Position numbers and translations under genes: made by a program. A stretch of 20,000 nt of DNA, from sequence record SRR20825006_827. One strand, 5' to 3'. This document shows positions 9,553 to 18,226 of the stretch, piece after piece. Each line of letters begins with the position of its first letter. Positions within the stretch are counted from its first letter, which is position 1. The notes beneath the pieces are model-generated. The model saw only the letters and a list, made by a program, of their open reading frames with translations. It was not told the DNA's origin and did no database searches.

Positions 9553-11475
9553 TTTCGCCTCGAGCTCCATCCACCGCTCGTAGAGCTGCTCGGCGTGTTC
9601 TCGCGCCGTCGCCAGCTCTGCGTGAAGTCGCTCGAGCTCCTCTCCGACATCCTCGCGTTGGTAGAGCGTCGGATCTGCCAGTGATTGCTCGATCACATCG
9701 CACGCCTCTTCTGCCTCGAGGATCGCCTCCTCGAGCCCCTCGAGCTCGAGCTTCTCACCGTAACTTAGCGCGCGGCGAGACTCGCGCTCACGTTCGGCGC
9801 GCTCGTGACGCTGGCGTCGCTCCTCGGCGCGTTCGTTCGCGCGCGCCTCACGTTCACGCTGGATCTGGCGATCTTTCCGGCGTCGATAGAAGTCGTAGTT
9901 CCCCTCGTATCGCACCAACCGACGATCCTCGATGGCGATGATGACATTGCACACGCGGTTCAAAAAATAGCGGTCGTGCGACACCACGATGACGCAGCCA
10001 TCGTAGTCTTCGAGCGCCACCTCGAGCGCCTGTAGCGAGAGAATGTCCAGATCGTTTGTGGGCTCGTCGAGCACCAACAGGTTGCCATTTTGAGCGACCA
10101 CGCGCGCGAGCTGTAGGCGCCGTTTTTGCCCACCAGACAACAACCGGACCTTGCGCTTGAGGTCTCTGGAGTCGAACAGAAATTGCTCCAGAAATCGACG
10201 CTTGTGATGGCGCACATCGCCCACCCACACGTAATCACTCGGCCCGAGCGCGTCATAGAGCGTCGCCTCCGGATCGATGGGTGGACCATGCTGTCTCAGG
10301 TAGGCGACATCGGTGCGTTCGCCGATTTCGACCACCCCCGTGTCCGGGCGCATGTAGCCCATAAGCATCTTGAGCAAGGTCGTCTTGCCGCTCCCGTTGG
10401 GGCCGACGAGCCCGATCTTATCGCCCGTGCTGACGTCGATGCCGGTGGGGTTTAGAAGCGCGCGCTTGCCGAGCGTCTTGCTGATCCCACGCGCGGCCAA
10501 AATCAATGGCCCGTGCTCTTTGCCACGCGCGAGCCGCATCCGCATCAGCTCCTCGCCATCCTCTTCCTGACGAAGCGAGCGCTGCCTTTGTTCGAGCTCC
10601 TGGAGATGTTGACCATCCTTTGATCCACGCGACACCGAGTGCAGCTTGAGCTTCTCGATCTCCTCGCCGATCAGCTTCTGCTCGCGCGTGCGCGTCTTTT
10701 GCTCGACCGCCATCCTCGCGAGCTTGCGCTCCATAAAGACGCGGTATTCACCAGGATAATCGTAGAAGGCGTCGCGGCTGACCTCGACGATCCGATCGAC
10801 GACATGCTCCAGAAAGTAGCGATCGTGTGTGATCAGGAGCAGCCCGCGCGTCTTGTTCTTTAACCAGCCCTCGAGCCAGTCGACCGTGTCCGGGTCGAGG
10901 TGGTTCGTCGGCTCGTCGAGCAAGAGCAAGTCGGGCGCTTCGAGCAACACGCGCGCCAGGTCGACGCGCCGCTGCTGACCGCCAGAGAGTCGCTTCGTCG
11001 GGACATCCAGCAAGGCGTCGAGCCCGAGCCGGTCGAGCATCTCCTCGACGCGACGCTCCCAATCCCAACCCCCCAGCTTTTCGATCTGTTGTTGGAGCTC
11101 ATCCTGCTCGTGCAGCAGCCGCTCGAGGTCCTGTGATGCGCCCATCGAGGCGATCTTGTCCGTGGTTGCCTCGTGCGCAGCGATCACTTCCTGGACCCGC
11201 TCCACGGCGCTGGCGACGACCTCTCGAGGCGTCTCCTCGCCAGAAAACCCGACCTCTTGCGCCAGATAAGCGACGCTCGCGGACTGCCGCATCGCGATCT
11301 CGCCCGTCGCGGGCTCGAGCGCGCCGATCAGGATGCGGAACAACGTCGTCTTCCCACAACCGTTCGGGCCGACGATGGCGACCTTCTCGCCATCATCCAT
11401 GCCGAAGCTGACCTCCTTGTAGAGAGGTTCTTCCTCGAATGCGTGTGTCAGATGTCGGATGGAGAGGAGGTTCAT
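9532..11475 (-). CDS. uup: ABC-F family ATPase, Uup-like
   Basis: Likely start MNLLSIRHL at 11475. Two NBDs: GPNGCGKT/LSGGQ/LLLLDEPTNHLD/THDR and GPNGSGKT/LSGGQ/VLDEPTNDLD/SHDR. No TM segments. C-terminal coiled coil LSYGEKLELEGLEEAI resembles the Uup CTD. Confidence 0.9.
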   Translation of the reverse strand: MNLLSIRHLTHAFEEEPLYKEVSFGMDDGEKVAIVGPNGCGKTTLFRILIGALEPATGEIAMRQSASVAYLAQEVGFSGEETPREVVASAVERVQEVIAAHEATTDKIASMGASQDLERLLHEQDELQQQIEKLGGWDWERRVEEMLDRLGLDALLDVPTKRLSGGQQRRVDLARVLLEAPDLLLLDEPTNHLDPDTVDWLEGWLKNKTRGLLLITHDRYFLEHVVDRIVEVSRDAFYDYPGEYRVFMERKLARMAVEQKTRTREQKLIGEEIEKLKLHSVSRGSKDGQHLQELEQRQRSLRQEEDGEELMRMRLARGKEHGPLILAARGISKTLGKRALLNPTGIDVSTGDKIGLVGPNGSGKTTLLKMLMGYMRPDTGVVEIGERTDVAYLRQHGPPIDPEATLYDALGPSDYVWVGDVRHHKRRFLEQFLFDSRDLKRKVRLLSGGQKRRLQLARVVAQNGNLLVLDEPTNDLDILSLQALEVALEDYDGCVIVVSHDRYFLNRVCNVIIAIEDRRLVRYEGNYDFYRRRKDRQIQREREARANERAEERRQRHERAERERESRRALSYGEKLELEGLEEAILEAEEACDVIEQSLADPTLYQREDVGEELERLHAELATAREHAEQLYERWMELEAKAREDGA

Positions 11476-11582
11476 CGGTCCGCCAGCGAAAGCGTCTTTT
11501 CGGCATATTCTGCGGGTAGTCTTAGAGCAGAATGCCGCAAAAAGCGAGCGAGACAGAGAGCTCAGATCTTCAGAGCTCCGCT

Positions 11583-12527
11583 CTAGTTGATCGGCGGCGT
11601 GATCACGACGCGAACCACCTCGCGCTCGGTCGGTCCGAGCTCGATCAAATACCTCCCCTGCTCGACGTTGTGCACCGAGCTGCACGCCTGCGCGAAGGTC
11701 TGCGCGGCGACCTCTCCTGCTTCGGTGACAAAGCGCACTGGCAGATCGCGCGTTGTCGCCAGGCGGTTCGTCTCCACCTCCAAGGTGCCACCGAACATGC
11801 CGTTGCCCTCATCGCGCAAATACACATCGATCGGATAATGCTCGGGCAAATCGAAGTTCGGGATATGCGGAGGGTTCACGCGCGCGGCAGGCCGCACATC
11901 CACCGCCGTCAGCGACCCCTCGAAGAGGCCGCAAATCGACTGGCAATCAGGCTCTGTGCACTCCCCCCACGTCGACTCGCACGCGTCCACGGCGCCGCAG
12001 ATGCCTCCGCAAAAACGAATCAGGTCGTTGGCGACTCCGCAGCTATCCACCCAGCGCAAGGCGTTGGTCTGAATGTCACAAATCGAGTCGACGTCTGGTT
12101 CACATGGCCCGCTCATATCTCCTGATACCGGGGACATGTCCTCCTGGCCGAGATCTTCCTCCGCGTTCATATCCATATCTTCAGGTGTCGAAGATATGTC
12201 CTCCTGACCTTGATCTAAACCTCCCATATCCATCGGGATCGGGTCGTTGGCGCACTCACACATCCCGAAGCGATTCTGGCTGCACGTTCGCGTGGACATC
12301 GAGCCATCAGGGCACTCGCACGTGTTGATATCCCCATCCTGGCAGGTGTCGCAGAGGCACGCCTCGTAACCCGAGCCATCCTGCTTGCAGAGCTGGGCAC
12401 CCATCGCGCCGCCAGCGCACACGCAAGAGACGGAGCGGCCCGGATCGCACGCGAGATCATTTGTGGGGAGCGGGCATCCCCAGGCAAAGAGCGGGAGCAT
12501 CGAGAGCAAGAGCCATCGCTTCAACAC
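11583..12527 (-). CDS. Cys-rich putative lipoprotein with Asp/Met-rich linker, function unknown
   Basis: GTG at 12527 lies 6 nt after AGGAGG and overlaps the protease stop. Signal KRWLLLSMLPLFAWGC, two six-Cys modules, a DM-rich linker (DMGGLDQGQED..EDMDMN..EDMS) and a beta-rich C-terminus. Confidence 0.78.
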   Translation of the reverse strand: MLKRWLLLSMLPLFAWGCPLPTNDLACDPGRSVSCVCAGGAMGAQLCKQDGSGYEACLCDTCQDGDINTCECPDGSMSTRTCSQNRFGMCECANDPIPMDMGGLDQGQEDISSTPEDMDMNAEEDLGQEDMSPVSGDMSGPCEPDVDSICDIQTNALRWVDSCGVANDLIRFCGGICGAVDACESTWGECTEPDCQSICGLFEGSLTAVDVRPAARVNPPHIPNFDLPEHYPIDVYLRDEGNGMFGGTLEVETNRLATTRDLPVRFVTEAGEVAAQTFAQACSSVHNVEQGRYLIELGPTEREVVRVVITPPIN

Positions 12528-13984
12528 GAGCAACCTCCTGGCCCACAGTAAGGATAGGATTGGCCGCAGACGTTCCCCAGAGTGTCGATGTAGTAGCAGT
12601 AGTACCCATCGAACCTGTAGCTCGCCGGGGAGTAGCCGCACGCGCTGCCTGCCGCGTCCACGGCGACGCAGTTGCGCGTCGATGGATCATAGGTCAGGCC
12701 CGTGATCGGGACCTGCTGGCAGACCTGACCCGTCGAGCTCAGGTACTGACACTGGTTCCCATTCACGCGCAACGCCACAGGGTTGCAGCTTGGCGTGGGG
12801 TTCATGCTCGCTGTGCAATCCGGGTCCCTCGGGCATTGAGGATCGCATCGGCCGTTCCCGTGCAACCCGTACGCCTGACACGTATCGACAGGAGGTTGCT
12901 GGCTCTGACAGTCCGAATCGACCGAGCCGCACGCGGCGTCGCAGACGCCGTCAGCCGCGCAAGAACCTCCCTCGGCCGGGCAAGAGCCGCCCGGACAGAG
13001 CAACTCGATGCAATCCTCGTCGAGCTGACATTGCCCATCGCACACATCGTCGCTCTCGCAGGAGACCTCGCGATCGGAGAGCGCGACGATCCCCTCGATC
13101 CAGGAAGCGTGCACATCGAGGCGCTGGTAAAAGCCATAACGATCGCAGGTCTGATCCCCCCACGAGGTCACGCCTACCTGCATCCAGTCTCCATCGACCT
13201 CGATAAACGCAGGTCCTCCAGAGTCGCCATTGCACGCGCCCATGCCGCCAAACGTGTAGCGCAGCGCCTGCGCTGTGAGCGTGTCGAAGCGCACGGTGCT
13301 CGCGCGCCGGATGCCTCCGCCGACAGGGTAGGGCTTCCCGGCGACGACGGTGACATCGGACGCGCCATAGCCGACCAACCGCGAAGGGGCGCCGAGCAAA
13401 TCGCCAGGGTCGCCCAGGTAGAGCTTCGCAGGTTGTACTTCTGTCACAGCCTGGTCGAGCTCCAGGATGGCCAGGTCGTGGCCGTTCTGGAAGGTCCAGG
13501 GTTGCGAGGGGTTAAAGTCGACGTAGTTCGGGTGCTTGTGGACACGCGCGATGCTGCGGTCGATGGTCGGAGAGAAGGGGTTTGCGCCGAGGCGAAACCC
13601 GAGCTCGAAGCTCGCGAGGTTCGAGACGCAGTGCGCGGCGGTGAGCGCCATGTTCGGCGAGATCAAGGTCGCCGTGCAGATCGCATCCGAGCCGTAGGTC
13701 AGCGCGCCGGTCGCGGCGAACTCGCGAGAGCGCTCTCCGCCGATGATATACTCCATCGGGTCGACCTCTTCGGACTGGCCGCCACACTGACACGACTCGA
13801 AGCCGCTGCCATCCTCGAGGCAAACCTGCGCCGAAGATGTGCCATCGGTGCAAGCGCAAGAGACGCTCTCGCCAGGAACACACACCGTGCCCTTGGAGCC
13901 AAAGAGTTGCCCACAACCTGCGGTGAGCGACAGGAGAAGCATCAGGGAAAAGAAAGAAGCTGACAGACCTGGTCGCGTGGACAT
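12521..13984 (-). CDS. S1 (chymotrypsin/trypsin-fold) serine protease lipoprotein with Cys-rich N- and C-terminal modules
   Basis: ATG at 13984 follows GAGG. Lipobox LTAGC, activation site IIGG, catalytic motifs LTAAHC, HDLAIL and ACNGDSGGP, plus GVTSWG. Confidence 0.93.
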   Translation of the reverse strand: MSTRPGLSASFFSLMLLLSLTAGCGQLFGSKGTVCVPGESVSCACTDGTSSAQVCLEDGSGFESCQCGGQSEEVDPMEYIIGGERSREFAATGALTYGSDAICTATLISPNMALTAAHCVSNLASFELGFRLGANPFSPTIDRSIARVHKHPNYVDFNPSQPWTFQNGHDLAILELDQAVTEVQPAKLYLGDPGDLLGAPSRLVGYGASDVTVVAGKPYPVGGGIRRASTVRFDTLTAQALRYTFGGMGACNGDSGGPAFIEVDGDWMQVGVTSWGDQTCDRYGFYQRLDVHASWIEGIVALSDREVSCESDDVCDGQCQLDEDCIELLCPGGSCPAEGGSCAADGVCDAACGSVDSDCQSQQPPVDTCQAYGLHGNGRCDPQCPRDPDCTASMNPTPSCNPVALRVNGNQCQYLSSTGQVCQQVPITGLTYDPSTRNCVAVDAAGSACGYSPASYRFDGYYCYYIDTLGNVCGQSYPYCGPGGCSC

Positions 13985-14086
13985 GACCGCCTCGGGAACA
14001 TATCGGGTTAAAGAAAGCACGCGGTAAATCGCGTCGTGTATAAACCTCGAAAACCCTCCCGAGGCGGCGCTATTCCCGCAGCTCTA

Positions 14087-16249
14087 TCAATGGAACTCGT
14101 TTGTCGTGATCGGCGGCGCCATGATGACCTCCTGCGACCTTTGATCGACGTAGAGCTTGATCTCGATCTTGTGCGCGCCAGGTTTGTTCGGATCGAAGTC
14201 GCGCTCGGCGGTGACGCTCGCGGTCGCCTGATCCCCGTTCCCTGGTCCTGTCTTGTACGTGTAGCGCCAGCTGCTGCTCCCTTCAAAGCCCGGCTGCAAC
14301 TTATCGAGCAAGGGATCGAGGTGCGCGCTGGCGGTCGGCGCGTAGGGGACCGCCGCGCCAGCCTCGGGGACCTTGCTCACGCTGGTCAGCGTGACGTTCT
14401 TTCCGCCAGGGAACACGTAACTGTCCCATCGAATCGGGTATCCTGCGGCCTTGTCAGCTTCCCCCGGGACAGGAGGATGCCATGCTTCGCCATACTTCTG
14501 CTCGCTCGTGAAGTACGATCTGGCGTTGTAGGCGATCGTCCACATCATGCCCTCGCCCTCGCTCAACTTGTTCTCCATGATCTGACGCTGGAGGGCGATC
14601 TCGAACGCTTTCGGCTCGGGCGTCGGGTCAGCATAGCCCGTGAAGACAAGGCCCGAGCTCCCGAGCTTGCCGCTCACGAGGACGTTATCCGGGAAGAGCG
14701 GCGCGAGGGCGGCTTCCATCTCGTTGCGCGCCGTCATCGCGCTCTTGAACTTGGAGCCATCGACGATGCCGCCGAACTCGCCGCTGATCAATTCGGTCTT
14801 GTCTATCGAGAGCGCGAGCCCAGGAGCCACGCCGAACATCGCCGCGTTGACCTCGTCGATCCCCAACTCCCCATGCGCGATGGCGATGCGCTTGTTCCCG
14901 AAGCAAATCATGACCGGCGCGAAGCCCTGGATGCTGAATTGCTCGTAGGTCATGTCCTTGTTCTCGCCAGCAGTGATAGTCTGCGAATTCACCGGCGCGC
15001 CGACCTTCGTGACAAAATCCTGGAAGATATCCCTGATGCGTTTGACGTCCTCGTCACTCGCGTAGGTGGTCATCACAATAGGCTTCACCTGCTCGAAGGG
15101 GTTCTCATCTGCGTCCGGGTAGGAGGCGATGAGGATGTTTCCGCTATGTCCGGCGAAGATGTCGCGCCTGGGGTCAAACGAGAGCCCGAACTGCTGCTCG
15201 ATCTCGTCGAGCGTGCTCTCGATCTCGTGCTCACCGATCGGCGTGAGCAGCGAGACAAACAGCTCCCACATGTTGACGCCGTCGAGGCGAAACGCCATCG
15301 CCCCCACGACATCACGCGTGACCAGCTCGCCCAGCGGAATCACTGGCGTGGCGCGCGTCAGATCCTTGGCGAGCGCGCGACCATCGGCGTCGAGCCCGAC
15401 CCACCCGCGCCCGACCCAGCGCTCCTTCTCGAGCGAGAGGCTCCCGCCAACGCCCTGGACCGTGAGCAGCAGTCGCGCGAACTTGGTCGCTTCGATCGGG
15501 GTGTCTCCCATCGAGCGGTAGAGGTCGCGCAGCATCTCGCGATGCAGCGGCCCGCGCGCTTGCAGGAAGAAGCCCATCGTTTCGTTTGTGCCCATGAGTT
15601 CTTGCTCGAAGTTCTGGAAGGCTTCGGTGTCAGCGAGCGAGCGGCTCTTTAGCGTCCCTTGCGTCGCGCACATCTCGCGGGCGCCCTCTTCGTCTTCCGA
15701 GACGAGGACGAGCGGGCCGCAATCGACCATTTGCAGGTCATGACTGTATACGGTGAAGCCATCCCCCTTCTCCTTGACCTCGAGCTGGAGCTGCCGCGTT
15801 ATCGTGAGCTCGAACTGATCGCGGTCTGTGACAGGGAACGCGAGGACCGGATCGGTGAAGTCCGAGCGGCCATAGGTGGACAGGATGTAGAAGGGAGCAT
15901 CGGTCTTGACGCCGATCTTCTTCCAGCTCTCGACCGAGAAGATGTCGATCCCGGAGACTTCCTTGAAGCGGCGGAGATCAGGCATCGCCTCTTCCATGAC
16001 CGCGCCTTCGGGCGTCAGCGTCGAGACAGTCGCGATGACCTCCTCGACGCTGCGAAAAGCGACCACCAGGTCAGCGCGTTCGCTCAGCGTCCTCGCGCCT
16101 TCGCTGATCGGGCCACGCTTTGGCTTCTCGATCAGGTTCTCCTGGTTGTTTTCCGCCTTGCGATCCTTGCAGCTCGTGGAAAGCGTCAGCAGGAGGGCAC
16201 AGCCCAGGACAGAGAGGACACGGAAGGAAGGGGTCTTTACGCGCAGCAT
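14087..16249 (-). CDS. 720-aa lipoprotein with a C-terminal type IV pilin-like domain
   Basis: RBS AAGGAG upstream; lipobox LLLTLSTSC. The C-terminal segment KLSEGEGMMWTIAYNARSYFTSE has pilin alpha1-C spacing. The CDS is solid; the domain call is inference. Confidence 0.75.
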   Translation of the reverse strand: MLRVKTPSFRVLSVLGCALLLTLSTSCKDRKAENNQENLIEKPKRGPISEGARTLSERADLVVAFRSVEEVIATVSTLTPEGAVMEEAMPDLRRFKEVSGIDIFSVESWKKIGVKTDAPFYILSTYGRSDFTDPVLAFPVTDRDQFELTITRQLQLEVKEKGDGFTVYSHDLQMVDCGPLVLVSEDEEGAREMCATQGTLKSRSLADTEAFQNFEQELMGTNETMGFFLQARGPLHREMLRDLYRSMGDTPIEATKFARLLLTVQGVGGSLSLEKERWVGRGWVGLDADGRALAKDLTRATPVIPLGELVTRDVVGAMAFRLDGVNMWELFVSLLTPIGEHEIESTLDEIEQQFGLSFDPRRDIFAGHSGNILIASYPDADENPFEQVKPIVMTTYASDEDVKRIRDIFQDFVTKVGAPVNSQTITAGENKDMTYEQFSIQGFAPVMICFGNKRIAIAHGELGIDEVNAAMFGVAPGLALSIDKTELISGEFGGIVDGSKFKSAMTARNEMEAALAPLFPDNVLVSGKLGSSGLVFTGYADPTPEPKAFEIALQRQIMENKLSEGEGMMWTIAYNARSYFTSEQKYGEAWHPPVPGEADKAAGYPIRWDSYVFPGGKNVTLTSVSKVPEAGAAVPYAPTASAHLDPLLDKLQPGFEGSSSWRYTYKTGPGNGDQATASVTAERDFDPNKPGAHKIEIKLYVDQRSQEVIMAPPITTNEFH

Positions 16250-16272
16250 CAGCGATCGTCTCCTTATCTTAT

Positions 16273-16332
16273 GAGGGTGTTGGAGATAGTCGGACCGAGT
16301 CTGGCGACGTGGAGAACATCTTCAACGCCCTC
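16273..16332 (+). mobile_element. 60-bp palindromic MITE/REP-like element, copy 1
   Basis: 15-bp terminal inverted repeats GAGGGTGTTGGAGAT...ATCTTCAACGCCCTC, flanked by TAT on both sides (16270-16272, 16333-16335). 53/60 identical to the reverse complement of 19907-19966. Confidence 0.75.
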
Positions 16333-16449
16333 TATCACAGTTAGATTGAAAAAAAGGCCCACCACCTATACAGCGCGTCGTTCGTGATGAACAGCGCGAC
16401 GTGCTGCAAGGTCGGTGGGCCGGATGGCTCACTCAAGTTTTTGTGTCTT

Positions 16450-16983
16450 TCATGAGGTCAACTCCGAGCATTTGCCGATGGAGTCCTCGAGCCAGGATAT
16501 GCGCGCCGAGAGATAGGCCTCGCTCCATGCGGCGCTCATCTGCTCGAAGTCTCCGAGATCCTCGACCTCGTCATCCTCCTGGAGCGCCTTGAGGCGCGCC
16601 TTACAGGCGTCGAGCTCGCGCTCGAGCATCCCCTGCGTCAGCGCCGTGTTGGCGTCAGCCGCCATATCCAGGCGCAAGACGACCTCATCTCGCATGGAGA
16701 AGTCTTGCGCGGGCTGGCGCAGCCAGCGCTGGAGGTGATTGCGGCCAGCGTCCGTCAGAGAATAAATCTTCTTCTCCCGACCTGCCTCGCTCTCGGTCGT
16801 CTCGACCTCCGCCCAGCCCTCTTCGAGGAGGCGGTGAAGCATGGGGTAGATCTGACCATAAGATTCATTCCAGAAGTGATAGCGCTCCTTCTCGAGTTTC
16901 TTCTTGAGGTCGTAGCCGCTCGCGTCTTGTTTGCTCAACATGCCCAGGATGGCGTAGAGCGTCCGTGAAGTTTTTCGTGCCAT
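16450..16983 (-). CDS. PadR-family transcriptional regulator (AphA-like, with C-terminal helical domain)
   Basis: Motifs YAILGMLSKQDASGYDLKK, FWNESYGQIYPML.RL and REKKIYSLTDAGR.HL..WL..P...RDE. RBS GGAG upstream. Confidence 0.94.
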   Translation of the reverse strand: MARKTSRTLYAILGMLSKQDASGYDLKKKLEKERYHFWNESYGQIYPMLHRLLEEGWAEVETTESEAGREKKIYSLTDAGRNHLQRWLRQPAQDFSMRDEVVLRLDMAADANTALTQGMLERELDACKARLKALQEDDEVEDLGDFEQMSAAWSEAYLSARISWLEDSIGKCSELTS

Positions 16984-17448
16984 TGCGTACTCCGTTCGTT
17001 GTGCGGCACCTTTTGATATACTGCTTCTGTGCTCGAGCAGCCTTTTCGAGGTGCCAAAGTGTTTTCCGATCTATCAACGGGATAGATTAGCTGTACTCCG
17101 AGAGCATTGTGGTTGCAAGAGACCCATCTCGAAATCGAGGTGTTCTCTCCACCAAACGTCTCTTCGTGGTTAAAGTCTTGGTAAAACGTATCAAAACAGA
17201 ATTTGTATAACTTGTCTCGTAAAAAATCGATGCGGGACAAATGGGTGGGTTTAAAAAACCTCGGGTTTGTGGTGGCACGGAAATACTCCTACATTGCTTT
17301 TGCAGATGGCCTATTCCATTCACGAACAACACCTTTCTCGTCACTTCCTGACGAGCGCCGAAAAAATCTGAAGATAAATGGCTATGTGTCGTCTATCCTT
17401 GGCAGAAGGCCAAGGGCATCGACCGCTGGCCATAAATCGGGTCCATCG

Positions 17449-17486
17449 GTATGTTTTCGATATATCGACACAAGGCTCGATAAAGT
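17449..17486 (+). promoter_or_regulatory. Candidate operator and promoter of the RRE-precursor gene
   Basis: Perfect 12-bp palindrome TCGATATATCGA (17457-17468) overlaps a weak -35 TCGATA; -10-like TAAAGT at 17481-17486 (18-bp spacer). Lies in the AT-rich region divergent from padR. Confidence 0.35.
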
Positions 17487-17512
17487 TTACTGTTTTTTCA
17501 AAGGAACGAATC

Positions 17513-18226
17513 ATGAACCCGATCGCGCGCACCCGAGGGGTGATCTTCAAAACGAACGAATCCGACGTCATCGCCTCACTCGAAGGAAAAAATGTTACGT
17601 TGACACACGCGTTGCACCAAATCTTGACATTATGTGACGGAAATCGGGACATCGATGCGATCGCACACATGCTCGATATGCCGCGTCAGGACATCTTCGC
17701 CGCGCTCGACCAACTCGCTGACCTCGGCTTGCTCCAAACGCGCACCGCACCACCCGCGAACGTGCTCGCGCAGACATTGCCCGCGGGCATGAGCCGCCGC
17801 GAGGCGCTCTCGCGCATCGCACTCGGCGTCGCCGGTGGTTTGACCGCCTTCTCGCTCGGGAGCCGCGTCGCCTTCGCGCAAGATGCCGACAAATCGACCA
17901 AGACCACCAAGACCACCAAGACCGATACGACCGAGACCAACAAGCCGATCAAGGGCACCACAGAAGCGGATAAAAAACTCGAGGAGGAAATCGCTGCCCT
18001 CGATAAACGCATCCAGGAGCGCGATCTCAAGCGCAAGAAGGCGATCCAGTGTCGCAAAAAAGGAGGCACGCGCGCCCAGGAAGAGGAGATAAAGCGGAGC
18101 GCCTGTCAGAACCCCGGACAGCTCCAAAAAGAGATCGCCGCCGATCGACAACTCCTCAAAAAGAAAAAGCGCCTCCAGGAACAGCGCAGAAAGAGCGCCA
18201 GCGAACACATGTACAAGACCAGGTGA
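17513..18226 (+). CDS. PqqD/RRE-domain protein with internal twin-arginine motif and charged C-terminal region, putative RiPP precursor or modified secreted protein
   Basis: AAGGA precedes ATG 17513. Residues 1-75 show a beta-strand + winged-helix PqqD pattern (ILTLCDGNRDIDAIA..L...DIFAALDQLADLGLL). Residues 93-122 read MSRREALSRIALGVAGGLTAFSLGSRVAFA. The tail is rich in T, K, E and Q. Confidence 0.75.
   Translation: MNPIARTRGVIFKTNESDVIASLEGKNVTLTHALHQILTLCDGNRDIDAIAHMLDMPRQDIFAALDQLADLGLLQTRTAPPANVLAQTLPAGMSRREALSRIALGVAGGLTAFSLGSRVAFAQDADKSTKTTKTTKTDTTETNKPIKGTTEADKKLEEEIAALDKRIQERDLKRKKAIQCRKKGGTRAQEEEIKRSACQNPGQLQKEIAADRQLLKKKKRLQEQRRKSASEHMYKTR
17897..17923 (+). repeat. In-frame 9-bp tandem repeat (ACCAAGACC) x3 encoding TKT-TKT-TKT
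   Basis: Read directly from the sequence, just after the predicted AFA/Q cleavage site. Confidence 0.85.

Noticed and set aside
9532-11475. ABC-F as an antibiotic-resistance factor or as exporter for the RiPP candidate
   Set aside because: No TM domains, Uup-type C-terminus, and it lies outside the repeat-bounded cassette.
11476-11685. 70-aa N-terminal extension of the ABC-F ORF
   Set aside because: Overlaps the next gene; the ABC domain starts at MNLLSIRHL (11475).
12461-13963. 500-aa + strand ORF
   Set aside because: Antisense shadow of the serine protease, which has complete catalytic motifs.
14036-15652. 538-aa + strand ORF
   Set aside because: Antisense shadow of the 720-aa lipoprotein; Arg-rich with no motifs, typical of high-GC DNA.
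16273-16332. 60-bp element as a CRISPR repeat or tRNA
   Set aside because: Only two copies, 3.6 kb apart and inverted; no spacers, cas genes or cloverleaf.
17273-17288. TGGCACG as a sigma54 -24 box
   Set aside because: The -12 position reads TACT, not TTGC.
17378-17512. Upstream extension of the RRE-protein ORF and other small ORFs in the AT-rich spacer
   Set aside because: ATG 17513 has an AAGGA RBS and begins the PqqD-like fold; the small ORFs show no motifs or host-like codon usage.
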